A DNA stretch of 64,000 bases from a candidate division TM6 bacterium GW2011_GWE2_36_25 (GCA_000991575.1 LBRU01000004.1:8909-72908); one strand, 5' to 3'; numbered from the stretch's first letter, positions 9,949 through 18,772 are shown. Notes: generated by a model from the letters alone, not told the origin. Translations and numbers: made by a program.

Positions 9949-9977
9949 TTGACATTTTTGGTTTTTTGTCATAATAT
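9949..9977 (+). promoter_or_regulatory. sigma70-like promoter (TTGACA, 17 nt, TAATAT)
   Basis: Perfect -35 TTGACA at 9949-9954. After a 17-nt spacer, TAATAT lies at 9972-9977; overlapping CATAAT and TATAAT are alternatives. It sits in the recF-downstream intergenic region. Confidence 0.5.
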
Positions 9978-9983
9978 AATGAG

Positions 9984-10078
9984 TGAATCGAGTAAATTCG
10001 GTTCGTATATCTAGGCTTCATTACTACTCTCCTTTTTTCCATCGCATTGACTTTCTTGGTCAATGCGATGGTTTTTTT
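9984..10078 (+). ncRNA. candidate small RNA (unknown family), ~95 nt from promoter to terminator
   Basis: Bracketed by the promoter above and a perfect 13-bp terminator hairpin. It has an internal 7-bp hairpin (GAATCGA/TCGGTTC with one GU). No plausible ORF or RBS lies inside. The TSS position is estimated. Confidence 0.35.
10039..10078 (+). terminator. rho-independent terminator
   Basis: CCATCGCATTGAC (10039-10051) pairs perfectly with GTCAATGCGATGG (10059-10071). The loop is 7 nt and a T7 run follows. Confidence 0.8.
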
Positions 10079-10131
10079 AAAAAAGATTGAAAAAAATGGC
10101 CACTTTTTTTATGATCAATAAAAAGGATATT

Positions 10132-10518
10132 ATGAAAAAGGTCGTTTTTTTTTCTCTCATCTTCTCGATTAACCTTTATGGAGGAGATATTCAGTCAGTT
10201 CTGCAGGAGGTAAAGCAACATTCTGGAAACTCTACTACTGCAGCCTTTGAAAAGGCCCTGGGCCAACCAGGCGAAAAATCAGAAAAAAGCATTTTCTCTG
10301 GAGATATAAATCTTTTCAAAGATTCAGCCCTAAAAAGCGAAATGGCATCTTTTTCAGGAAAAGCTTCTGAAGAAAAAGATGCTGCATCGCAACCAACTAC
10401 TCAACAACAAATAGACGGAAAAGAAGCCGCCATTCAATTTTGGAAAGAAGAATCGAAAAAACCTCAGCCAAAAGAAAGCAGCGGCATGGTTGATGATGAA
10501 TTTGTAATTTTTGGCTAA
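10132..10518 (+). CDS. hypothetical secreted protein
   Basis: Best start is ATG 10132, preceded by AAGGA. Signal peptide MKKVVFFSLIFSINLYG. The mature part is acidic and low-complexity. Confidence 0.55.
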   Translation: MKKVVFFSLIFSINLYGGDIQSVLQEVKQHSGNSTTAAFEKALGQPGEKSEKSIFSGDINLFKDSALKSEMASFSGKASEEKDAASQPTTQQQIDGKEAAIQFWKEESKKPQPKESSGMVDDEFVIFG

Positions 10519-10571
10519 AAACATAAGTAAATTACATAATATACATTATGCGCCAAGATTAACGCACGGTT

Positions 10572-11201
10572 TTACAGGGTCAAATAATATAACAATAACA
10601 ATGACCTACTACTTATAGCAACAATAATACCTAAGTCCACAATTAAGGGTAATGACCAAATTGCCAGAGCCCATCTTTTTTTTCCTAGCCGATATAAACG
10701 ATAGGAAGCAATCAACATGCCAATTTCAAGAATCCAAAATATACAAGAGGCGTAAAACCCTAATCCAAAACCAGCTATATATCCAAACCCTAAAAATCCT
10801 CCTATTAAAAGCACCGGCTCCTTCAGAATATTCATGATTAAAAGCACCGGATCCAGAAGATCCAGAATGTTCATGCGGAAAAATAAATCTTTATAACCTG
10901 TTATCACTGTTATTATCAGAAAAAGTGTAACTAGAAGAGAAATAATAAATAATGAATTAAAAAACAACCGCGCTCCCCTTCTGTCATTTAAATAATACAA
11001 GCAGAGAGCAGTTCCAAAAAATCTAAAAACCAAATAAGAAAAAAACGCAAGAAACGGAACGACAATAATCCCAAAATTACCCATTCCTCGATCATAAGGC
11101 GTAACAAAAATAAAAATAACCAAAACTACTGCTGCTATTGCTAACAAAATTAAAAAAGAATTAAAAAATGTTTTCATTATATCTACAAAAGATTGCTTCA
11201 T
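10572..11201 (-). CDS. hypothetical polytopic membrane protein
   Basis: 209 aa with about 6 hydrophobic helices. No recognisable motif. Confidence 0.55.
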   Translation of the reverse strand: MKQSFVDIMKTFFNSFLILLAIAAVVLVIFIFVTPYDRGMGNFGIIVVPFLAFFSYLVFRFFGTALCLYYLNDRRGARLFFNSLFIISLLVTLFLIITVITGYKDLFFRMNILDLLDPVLLIMNILKEPVLLIGGFLGFGYIAGFGLGFYASCIFWILEIGMLIASYRLYRLGKKRWALAIWSLPLIVDLGIIVAISSRSLLLLYYLTL

Positions 11202-11261
11202 GATATCCCTTTTTTTACTTTATTTTCACACAATAAAAACGAGAAAAATAATCTTAACCAT

Positions 11262-11735
11262 TTAAGCACTAATAAATACTACCGGAATTTTTTGATCAAT
11301 ATTAAACTCAATCAGTTGGTCTAAGAAGATATGTATAAGGGTGTGTGAAACTTGATATTTAGGATAAATTATCCAAATAAAATCATAATCAAACTCTTCG
11401 ACAAAAAATTGATTAATGCCCTCTCTAAGTGCCTTATCATCTTCATAATGAGCAAAAAGCTCATAAAGATTCATACCCTGATTGTATTTACAACCGGCTC
11501 TATCAATGTACCCAATGGTGTGATAACATTTTAACAAATCAATGAACAAATTTATTGTTTTGCGCCCTTCTTTTATCGTAGAAAACGAAATATAATGAAG
11601 TCCGGGAGTTAAAAAAAGGTCGCATAAAGATAAAACATCTTCTTCATCCAACTCATGCGTATAGGTTCGCTTCTGAGCAAGCGCGATTGATGGATGAATG
11701 CGATCCAGACGCTCTTGAGCATGAAGCCTTTCCAT
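11262..11735 (-). CDS. hypothetical protein
   Basis: 157-aa ORF with no motif I recognise. Its codon usage looks like that of its neighbours. Confidence 0.5.
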   Translation of the reverse strand: MERLHAQERLDRIHPSIALAQKRTYTHELDEEDVLSLCDLFLTPGLHYISFSTIKEGRKTINLFIDLLKCYHTIGYIDRAGCKYNQGMNLYELFAHYEDDKALREGINQFFVEEFDYDFIWIIYPKYQVSHTLIHIFLDQLIEFNIDQKIPVVFISA

Positions 11736-11965
11736 AGCTATTTCCTAATTTAAGTAATTTGATTTCAAACTTTTTAAAAATTTTTTGTTTTAAAATTTAG
11801 CTCATATTACAATTTTTAAAATCAACATTGTTATCTTATTAATTTATAAAAAAAATGCAATAGCGGCGAAATTCAAGCATATCGCAAAAAACGACTTGAA
11901 AAGCAGATTTCTATTTCACTCGCTCTATAATACTAACATTTTTTAATTCGTTTGCAGGAATAATT

Positions 11966-12073
11966 CCTCGAAGCTTGCTTCGTAATCATTATATTCGCTC
12001 ATATCCTTCAACTTTGCTCAGGATGTAGCAAGTCGAACCATACGAGCGTTATCCCTCGTAGCTTGCTGCGAGG
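11966..12073. repeat. REP-like GC-rich palindromic element (family member)
   Basis: Contains CCTTCAACTTTGCTCAGGATG, GTCGAACCATACGAGCG and the hairpin CCTCGTAG-CTTG-CTGCGAGG. These modules recur at 12.7, 21.2-21.6, 35.4 and 56.0 kb. The element overlaps the last 8 codons of ruvC. Confidence 0.7.
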
Positions 12074-12543
12074 TTCTTAATTTGCCATGCAGCACACAAA
12101 GAAATGGCAACAGCATCAGTAACGTCATCGCGTTTGAAAATTGGCAATCGAGGAAACATTTTATGAACCATCCCAGAAACCTGATCTTTGCTCGCCCCTC
12201 CAAATCCTGTTATCGCCAACTTAACTTCTCTTGGTGTAAATTCTAAAATTTTTAATTTGTGTTTTTGTGCTAAAAAATATAAAATGCCACGCAAATATCC
12301 TAATTTCAAAAAATTCTGGGCATTCTTGCCTAAAAACGGCGTCTCAAGTGAAATGTCGGTCACTTCGTATTTGTTTATTATATGCTCGAAATTTTCGCAG
12401 AATTCAAAAACGCGCTCTGGCAAAGGCTTTTGACTGCTTAACCTTAAAAAATCACAGGTAATTAAATAAATTGATGATTTTTCACGCTTAAGAATCGAAT
12501 AACCGCTAAACCGAGTTCCGGGGTCCACTCCTAAAATAATCAT
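12049..12543 (-). CDS. ruvC: Holliday junction resolvase RuvC
   Basis: MIILGVDPGTRFSGYSIL (catalytic Asp), LETPFLGKNAQNFLKLGYLRG, and DVTDAVAISLC near the C-terminus. The true start is Met49 of the listed ORF (ATG at 12543). Confidence 0.9.
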   Translation of the reverse strand: MIILGVDPGTRFSGYSILKREKSSIYLITCDFLRLSSQKPLPERVFEFCENFEHIINKYEVTDISLETPFLGKNAQNFLKLGYLRGILYFLAQKHKLKILEFTPREVKLAITGFGGASKDQVSGMVHKMFPRLPIFKRDDVTDAVAISLCAAWQIKNLAASYEG

Positions 12544-12662
12544 TACGTCCTTTTTTATTTTTATATGAATAGTTACAATTATACCGCAATTAAATACCGA
12601 GATACATATCGAACGCTCTTTGTTAAACCTTCCTTGTAATTTCAAAAAAATAGAAGACTTTG

Positions 12663-12829
12663 TTGTGCGTTCGGTGAGACCCTTCAAGACACTCGCTATG
12701 CTCGTTCCTCAGGGCGAACGCGTTAGGTAATATTGTAAGAATGAAGAATGCGTTCGCCCTGAGCGAAGTCGAAGGGTTTTATCGAACGCGAGAAGTAAAA
12801 ATTATCTTAAAATAAGGATATCAACAATT
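12663..12829. repeat. REP-like palindromic element pair (large hairpin) plus a 47-nt flank shared with 21.5 kb
   Basis: CCTCAGGGCGAACGC (12707-12721) is the inverted complement of GCGTTCGCCCTGAGC (12750-12764). Region 12741-12829 is a near-identical inverted copy of 21215-21277 and 21510-21558. Confidence 0.8.
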
Positions 12830-13471
12830 AGGAATATTTTTAAATACTTTTACCGTTTGAACAAAATAGCGATTCTTGAAGTCATCGATTAATTTTTTAT
12901 GTTCAGCAAGTTGTTGTGCTTTGTACTGATTTTGCGTCAATGAACGACGCAAATAAGAAAATGCCATATATTCAACGTAAGAAAGATGTGTGCCTGAATG
13001 AGAAAAACTTTTCAACTGATTTTGCAGATCTTTAACCAAACCATTGGGAAATGCATTAAATGGCAACGTACAAATAATATAATCATATTTAATTGTTGGA
13101 ACAAACTTAAGAACATCAACACAATGAATATAAACATGAGGATATTGTTCCCGAGGAAAAAGCTTTCTCAATTTGACACAATATTCAGGATTAATCTCAA
13201 TAACATCAACCCGATCATTTTTATTTAAATAATGATTACAAATAACTTTTGTTACAGATCCCATTCCTGCACCAACTTCAATTATCTGTTTGGGCCCCTG
13301 ATGGTTCTTTGCATAACGCATCAATTCATGTCCCACGCTCTCTGAACATTCAAAAACTGCGCCGACTTGCGTTGGATTTTTAAGTGCTTCCCACGCAAAT
13401 TTCAACGGAGATGATGAAAGCATGCAAAAAATAGAACAATTGAGCGCAATAAAAATAATATTTTTTTTCAT
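12821..13471 (-). CDS. class I SAM-dependent methyltransferase (phospholipid N-methyltransferase/COG3963-like) with hydrophobic N-terminus
   Basis: Motif I IIEVGAGMGSVTKVI; the acidic post-I residue (VDVIEIN); PTQVGAVFECSESVG upstream, as in COG3963 proteins. N-terminal signal-like segment. Confidence 0.6.
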   Translation of the reverse strand: MKKNIIFIALNCSIFCMLSSSPLKFAWEALKNPTQVGAVFECSESVGHELMRYAKNHQGPKQIIEVGAGMGSVTKVICNHYLNKNDRVDVIEINPEYCVKLRKLFPREQYPHVYIHCVDVLKFVPTIKYDYIICTLPFNAFPNGLVKDLQNQLKSFSHSGTHLSYVEYMAFSYLRRSLTQNQYKAQQLAEHKKLIDDFKNRYFVQTVKVFKNIPNC

Positions 13472-13505
13472 GACAGCTTTTTAAACCTTTATAAAAACAT
13501 AAAAT

Positions 13506-14870
13506 TTAATAATCAAAATCTCCATTTTCAAACTTGGTAAGCTCTCGTTCAAAATTAAGAAAAACAGTTCCGGTCGGACCGTTTCGCTGCTTGCCAATAA
13601 TAAGTTCAGCCAATCCTGGATTTTCCGTTTCGGGATTATAAATGATATCACGATACAGAAACATAATAACATCAGCATCTTGTTCCAATGCGCCCGATTC
13701 ACGCAAATCTGACATCATTGGACGTTTGTCAACACGTCCCTCAACCGCACGTGAAAGCTGCGATAGTGCCAAAATAGGAACGCCAAGTTCCTTTGCAAGA
13801 GCTTTTAATGAACGAGAAATCTCAGAAACTTCCTGATGCCGATTTTCATGCCATTTTGTTGAGTGCAATAATTGCAAGTAATCGATTACAAAGAGGTCCA
13901 CATTATGCTCAGCTTTTATTTTTCGCGCTCTGGTACGCAAATCAACAATACTTATTCCAGCTGAATCATCAATAAAAAGTTTCAATTCGGCAAGACGCGC
14001 AGCAGCATTAGTTAACTCAACCCATTCTTCAGAACTTATTGTCGCATTACGAATTTTTTGGTGAGGAATTCCCGCCTCTGAAGACAAAATACGCAAAATA
14101 AGTTGTTCAGCGGGCATCTCAAGCGAAAAAAGACCAACAGAAAAATTTTCAAGAGCACTATTAAGACCAATATTGAGCGCCAAAGACGTCTTTCCCATTG
14201 AAGGACGAGCAGCAAGAATAATAAGATCACCCTTTTGCAGCCCCGATGACATGGTATCAAGTTGCGTAAATCCAGTTGGAATGCCCGTAATTCCCTTACT
14301 GTGACTCTTTACATCTGATAAATGTTTAAATGTTCTCTTAAGCCAAATATCAAGTTGCACAAAACTCTGAGAAGATCGCTTTTGAGAAACTTCAAAAATA
14401 ATCTTTTCCGCTTGGTCAATAACTGCAAAAATATCATCATCTTTTTGTTCAAAACAATGCTGAATAATTGATGTAGCAGAAGAGATCAATTCTCTCAAAA
14501 TTGCTTTTTCCTTAATTATTTTTGCATGTTGCTCAACAAGCCCAATTTCAGGAATCTCTTCTTGTAAAGAAACTAAATAGAGTGCTCCGCCAATAGAGTC
14601 CAATAACATTCTTTTGGAGAGCTCGTCTTGCAGTGTTACCAAATCTATACGCTTCATTGAACTTACAAGATGAGTCATTACTTCAAAAATGGCCTTATTA
14701 GCTGGATGATAAAAATCTTCAGCACGAAGTATTTCTGCTGCTTGCATGTATGTTTGATCATTAAGGAGAACAGCCCCCAAAACAGCACGCTCTGCGTCTA
14801 AATTTGCAGGTAAATTCTTACCCAAAAACGTACGTTCTGTAGAACTTTCGCGAGCGCTCATTCTTTGCAT
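13506..14870 (-). CDS. dnaB: replicative DNA helicase DnaB
   Basis: AERAVLGAVLL; Walker A ARPSMGKTSLALN; Walker B FVIDYLQLL; SQLSRAVE; LRESGALEQDADVIMFLYRD. Confidence 0.95.
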   Translation of the reverse strand: MQRMSARESSTERTFLGKNLPANLDAERAVLGAVLLNDQTYMQAAEILRAEDFYHPANKAIFEVMTHLVSSMKRIDLVTLQDELSKRMLLDSIGGALYLVSLQEEIPEIGLVEQHAKIIKEKAILRELISSATSIIQHCFEQKDDDIFAVIDQAEKIIFEVSQKRSSQSFVQLDIWLKRTFKHLSDVKSHSKGITGIPTGFTQLDTMSSGLQKGDLIILAARPSMGKTSLALNIGLNSALENFSVGLFSLEMPAEQLILRILSSEAGIPHQKIRNATISSEEWVELTNAAARLAELKLFIDDSAGISIVDLRTRARKIKAEHNVDLFVIDYLQLLHSTKWHENRHQEVSEISRSLKALAKELGVPILALSQLSRAVEGRVDKRPMMSDLRESGALEQDADVIMFLYRDIIYNPETENPGLAELIIGKQRNGPTGTVFLNFERELTKFENGDFDY

Positions 14871-14898
14871 CTGGACTTCAATATCACTACTTTTTATA

Positions 14899-15342
14899 TT
14901 ATTCGGCTACTATTTTTATATTGAGCGTTGGTTTTAAGTTATTTGATAACTTGATAACAACTTCATAACTACCACGTTCTTTAATAGATTTATCAAAAAT
15001 GACTTGGCTTTTTGAGATTTTAATACCTTCATTAGTCAATAAATCAACAATTTCTTGTGGACTTAACGCACCATAAAGTTTACCATCATCGTGCATTTTT
15101 CTTTTGAGGGTAAATTTAAGATTTCCAATCTTTTCTGCAAGCATTGAAGTTTTGCTTTCTAAAGCTTTCTTACGATTTTCAACTTCCGTGATGTGTTTTG
15201 AAAGGACAGCTTCATTTGCTGGTGTAACTTCCACTCCTAAACCACGTGGCAAGAGGAAATTTTTAGCATACCCATCTTTAACTTTTAAGATTTCACCAGC
15301 AAAGCCAACTTTTTCGATATCTTTAAGTAAATATATTTTCAT
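14899..15342 (-). CDS. rplI: 50S ribosomal protein L9
   Basis: MKIYLLKDIEKVGFAGEILKVKDGYAKNFLLPRGLG is the canonical L9 N-terminus. The conserved rplI-dnaB arrangement is present. Confidence 0.93.
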   Translation of the reverse strand: MKIYLLKDIEKVGFAGEILKVKDGYAKNFLLPRGLGVEVTPANEAVLSKHITEVENRKKALESKTSMLAEKIGNLKFTLKRKMHDDGKLYGALSPQEIVDLLTNEGIKISKSQVIFDKSIKERGSYEVVIKLSNNLKPTLNIKIVAE

Positions 15343-15492
15343 GAAAACCCCTGTGATTTTATAACGAATAGATTGTTAACTAGTATAAGCTAAAAGAAAT
15401 CTCTTGAAAACTCTAAAAGTCTTGTTTTTTTTATAAACTTGTTAGAAGTTAAATAAAGAAGTCAAAAAAAAACAAAATGAAAGGAGTAAATA

Positions 15493-16086
15493 GTGAGAAG
15501 TATTTATTTAAATATTTTTTTACTAATTTTTTGTATCGATGCGCGAGAATTTACGCTCGCCGAACAACTTTCGGAAGCTGAAAAAAAAGTATTAGAAGAT
15601 AAGATTGCCGTTTCGCAAAATGGGATGTTGTTTTCATCTCTTGAAGTCTTAAATTTAGGTGATCAGAATGATCCAAATGGTTTTTATAAATTTTGGGACC
15701 AGTTATATCAAGATGCACAAAGTAAAAAACTCAAAAAAAGCGATCCTCGCAAAGATGCATTGAAGTCTTTAGCTATTATTGCAACTAATTTAAATGAGTT
15801 AGCAAGATTATGGTCTGGCGCATTATATGGCGTTGGTATTTTAACTCAAAAAGATGTTGAAACACTTCTACAAACAATTAATGCTTATGATGCTCAATTA
15901 GAAAGTCTTACAACCTCAACATTAGGAGATCAAAAGTTTAAAGAAAAATTACAAAAAAAATTAGATCATATAAAAGCACGCTTTCCAAAAAAAGTTGACG
16001 CTGGTTGGAATAAACTCAAAAATATTGGAGCCTCATTTGGCCAAGCATTTGTAAGAGTTGGAAGAGGTCTTTTGTGTATTGATTAA
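15493..16086 (+). CDS. hypothetical secreted protein (paralogue of the next gene)
   Basis: GTG start after AAGGAG. Signal peptide present. Shares a LxxLAxxWxGxL core and a Gly-rich C-terminus ending in Cys with ORF 16112. Confidence 0.6.
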   Translation: MRSIYLNIFLLIFCIDAREFTLAEQLSEAEKKVLEDKIAVSQNGMLFSSLEVLNLGDQNDPNGFYKFWDQLYQDAQSKKLKKSDPRKDALKSLAIIATNLNELARLWSGALYGVGILTQKDVETLLQTINAYDAQLESLTTSTLGDQKFKEKLQKKLDHIKARFPKKVDAGWNKLKNIGASFGQAFVRVGRGLLCID

Positions 16087-16111
16087 TAATTTAAGGTAAA
16101 AGAGTTAAAAA

Positions 16112-17002
16112 ATGATTAAAAAATTATTATTCTTTTGTGGTTTCTCATTACTATATGCAGCTCAAGGTCCATATGCTGAAACTCCTTCCACTGGTCCATA
16201 TACAACTGAAGCTCCTGCTACGATTCCATATGCTGAAGCTCCCTCTACTGGTCCATATACAACGGCAGCTGCTGTTTCTTTTCCTGACGAAGAAGATTTC
16301 CAAAAAACGGTCGTTTCAACATCTTTAGACGTGATGGCATTAGGCGAATCTGATGCCGCCGAGGGTGGCATTGAAAGTGCTTATTGGAAACCTTACTGGA
16401 AGGCTGTCAATGAACTTTCCTCTAAAAGTGAACGTCGACTAGCTGCTTTACAAGCACTTATGGTAAGTACAAACAATCTTCAAGATTTAGCAGAATATTG
16501 GGCTGGATTGTTATTAAATATGGGAGCATTTGGCCCAGTTGCTGAAAAAAGAAAAGAGCTTATAGATTTGATAAACAAAAAAGACTTATTTGAAAAAACA
16601 TTACAAGAAGGTGCCTCATTAGATACATTATTAGAAGAAATTTTCAAAGATGAAGAACTTACTGAAGCTGAAAGCAAACAATTGCACAATGCAACAGTAG
16701 ATGAAGTTCTTAAAAAACTTGCTGAAAAAGATCCGATTGTAAAATTAATTCTTTATCGACGCTACTTGCAAGTATTCGAAGATATTCTTCAAGATTTATT
16801 TGAAAAAGAAAAAAATAAGATAGAAAATAAAAAGTGGTTTCAAAATTGGCAAGAGTTAAAACAAGGCAACCTAAAAGATTTTCAAAGCGGCTGGCAAAAA
16901 TTCAAAAAAGGATTGTTTAAATCTCTAAATGTTGTTGGAAAAGGATTTGCAGCAATTGGTAATGCTATTGGAGCTATTTATACAGCAATTGTTTGTAGCT
17001 AA
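16112..17002 (+). CDS. hypothetical secreted protein with an N-terminal 19-aa tandem repeat
   Basis: Signal peptide present. GPYAETPSTGPYTTEAPAT / IPYAEAPSTGPYTTAAAVS (2 x 57 nt, about 16166-16279). The core is paralogous to ORF 15493. Confidence 0.6.
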   Translation: MIKKLLFFCGFSLLYAAQGPYAETPSTGPYTTEAPATIPYAEAPSTGPYTTAAAVSFPDEEDFQKTVVSTSLDVMALGESDAAEGGIESAYWKPYWKAVNELSSKSERRLAALQALMVSTNNLQDLAEYWAGLLLNMGAFGPVAEKRKELIDLINKKDLFEKTLQEGASLDTLLEEIFKDEELTEAESKQLHNATVDEVLKKLAEKDPIVKLILYRRYLQVFEDILQDLFEKEKNKIENKKWFQNWQELKQGNLKDFQSGWQKFKKGLFKSLNVVGKGFAAIGNAIGAIYTAIVCS

Positions 17003-17010
17003 AAAAGCTT

Positions 17011-17069
17011 ATGAGTCGTAAAAAAGGCAACGTGTCAATAATTGACACGTTGCCTTTTTTACGACTCAT
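17011..17069. terminator. bidirectional rho-independent terminator (59-nt perfect palindrome)
   Basis: ATGAGTCGTAAAAAAGGCAACGTGTCAAT | ATTGACACGTTGCCTTTTTTACGACTCAT. The GC core stem is flanked by A6 and T6. It lies between convergent genes. Confidence 0.85.
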
Positions 17070-17114
17070 TTATCAAAAGTTCACTATAATTATGAAAGCA
17101 TACTACCTTTGATT

Positions 17115-17525
17115 TTACAGCGTTAACCTTTTTAAAATATCAAGCATGTTTTTGTAGTAAACTGGTATGTTTTCTAATATATTTAAAGAAATTTCTTCAC
17201 GATAAATATGAGATGTTAGATTTCGAGCATTAAGAGCTTGCTCTAAAAATTTAAATTCATCTGTTGTAATAATATTATTAGTAACCGCTTCCTTCAAAAT
17301 TCCTTTCGGAGAAGAAATATGCAGATCTATTTTTTCATGTTCGGTTAAATATAATTTGATAAATTTCCAAAAATTATCAATCGTATATTCAAATCTTTTG
17401 ATAACCGAATCTTTTAAAGATTTTTCGTACGCAGGAATAGCATTTTCCTTCAACAGCTCTAAGCTTTCTTTAACAGTCTCTAAACATCTGAATAACGTCG
17501 CTCTTTTGCGTTTTAACTCTTCCAT
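17115..17525 (-). CDS. hepT: HEPN-superfamily toxin, HI0074/NTase-substrate-binding (HepT-like)
   Basis: IKRFEYTIDNFWKFIKLYL plus the Rx4HxY motif (RNLTSHIY). 136 aa. Overlaps the upstream MNT gene by 13 nt. Confidence 0.8.
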   Translation of the reverse strand: MEELKRKRATLFRCLETVKESLELLKENAIPAYEKSLKDSVIKRFEYTIDNFWKFIKLYLTEHEKIDLHISSPKGILKEAVTNNIITTDEFKFLEQALNARNLTSHIYREEISLNILENIPVYYKNMLDILKRLTL

Positions 17526-17815
17526 ATAATTCGATCTTTCAATATTTGATTGCGCATATCTTCGGATACGGTCGCCATATCTACAACATCAAACTTAAAA
17601 GGTATACTTGATGCATCAAGTATATCTTTAATTTCAGCAATTCTATTGTAGTCAATTTTACCATTTCCCTCTAAAGCAATATCGATATCTGACCAACTTT
17701 TTGACTCCCTACGAGCAAATGAACCATAGAGATAAATTTTAACTTCTGGTAAAACTGCACTAATTAATCCTATTATTTTTTCTTTATCAGTTACCTCTAT
17801 TCGCTTCTTTTCCAC
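17513..17815 (-). CDS. mntA: minimal nucleotidyltransferase antitoxin (MNT, HI0073-like)
   Basis: LYGSFARRESKSWSDIDIAL fits the GSx10-11(D/E)xD NTase motif. 100 aa. Translationally coupled to hepT. Confidence 0.8.
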   Translation of the reverse strand: MEKKRIEVTDKEKIIGLISAVLPEVKIYLYGSFARRESKSWSDIDIALEGNGKIDYNRIAEIKDILDASSIPFKFDVVDMATVSEDMRNQILKDRIIWKS

Positions 17816-17843
17816 AAAAAGCCTCCGACCTTAAAAAACCTGT

Positions 17844-18269
17844 TTATCTGCATCTCCATTTATCAATATAGAAAACTTTTCCTTCTTTTACGAGAATGCA
17901 GGAGGCAATCCCTTCGTCCGTATCATGCTTAATTTCAGCGATAATACCAATCCGTTGTTCCTCATTACTTTCAATAACATGCGTTTTTATTTGACCATCA
18001 TAATCTATCCCATTTATATTTCCCCACCGAACAAATTTTTCGACCGTTTCATTTTGTTGATAGTATGAGTCAAACGATAAAACAACGTTATTAACAGTAT
18101 GATTCAGCAGACCCTCGAGAAGATATTTTCTTTGGTAATACTGATATTGATATTGTGCAACATGATAACATTTTACTGCTTGATATAAAATTACGGTCCC
18201 TACAATTAATGAAGAACTTACCAACAAGAATAGAACGAGTAAAATGTAACCGCTTCTTTTCTGCTTCAT
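17844..18269 (-). CDS. putative minor pseudopilin (GspK/PilX-like, lacks Glu5)
   Basis: N-terminus MKQKRSG|YILLVLFLLVSS. A 4-nt ATGA overlap with the upstream pseudopilin gene. Assignment rests on position and the N-terminal helix only. Confidence 0.45.
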   Translation of the reverse strand: MKQKRSGYILLVLFLLVSSSLIVGTVILYQAVKCYHVAQYQYQYYQRKYLLEGLLNHTVNNVVLSFDSYYQQNETVEKFVRWGNINGIDYDGQIKTHVIESNEEQRIGIIAEIKHDTDEGIASCILVKEGKVFYIDKWRCR

Positions 18270-18772
18270 AGGTTTCGATTTCTTAGTTTTATGGATGTCT
18301 GTATCAAGCGGCCATTATGCGTCAATGAAATGGTGATACAGTCAATAAATTCGCTGTTACTTTTTACCTGGAATAAAAAATCCGCAATATTCTCAAGGAC
18401 AACTGATTTATCTTTGGTTAACTGTGCGTTTTTTGTGTAAAAATGTGTGCGCTTCAAATTATGTTTTTTCTCATTAAATTGCCATGCCAGCGAACTTTCA
18501 TCGGATAAATAAAAATGAATATGGTAAGGCGAAATATTTTTGTAAGTACTTTTTTCACGCGGCGCCCCATCAAGATCAGTTCTCAATACCTGTAGCGCCG
18601 TATAACACAGACAATTGGATTGCCCTTTTGTTTCCAACGTACGAAAAAATGAACAAAATCGATAATTTAAATCAAAGGCAAAAACTATCAGCATTACGCT
18701 TAAGGCAATAGATAGCATTACCTCTAAAAGAGAAAATCCCCCTTGCTCATTAATCACCACGAATGCCCTCAA
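18266..18772 (-). CDS. prepilin-type N-terminal cleavage/methylation domain protein (minor pseudopilin, GspJ/PulJ-like)
   Basis: NEQGG|FSLLEVMLSIALSVML is the classic G/FxLLE prepilin peptidase site followed by a hydrophobic helix. Confidence 0.75.
   Translation of the reverse strand: MRAFVVINEQGGFSLLEVMLSIALSVMLIVFAFDLNYRFCSFFRTLETKGQSNCLCYTALQVLRTDLDGAPREKSTYKNISPYHIHFYLSDESSLAWQFNEKKHNLKRTHFYTKNAQLTKDKSVVLENIADFLFQVKSNSEFIDCITISLTHNGRLIQTSIKLRNRNL

Noticed and set aside
12544-12687. 48-codon N-terminal extension of the ruvC ORF.
   Set aside because: The extension runs into the REP-like element and has no similarity to RuvC. The canonical MIILGVDPG start is at 12543.
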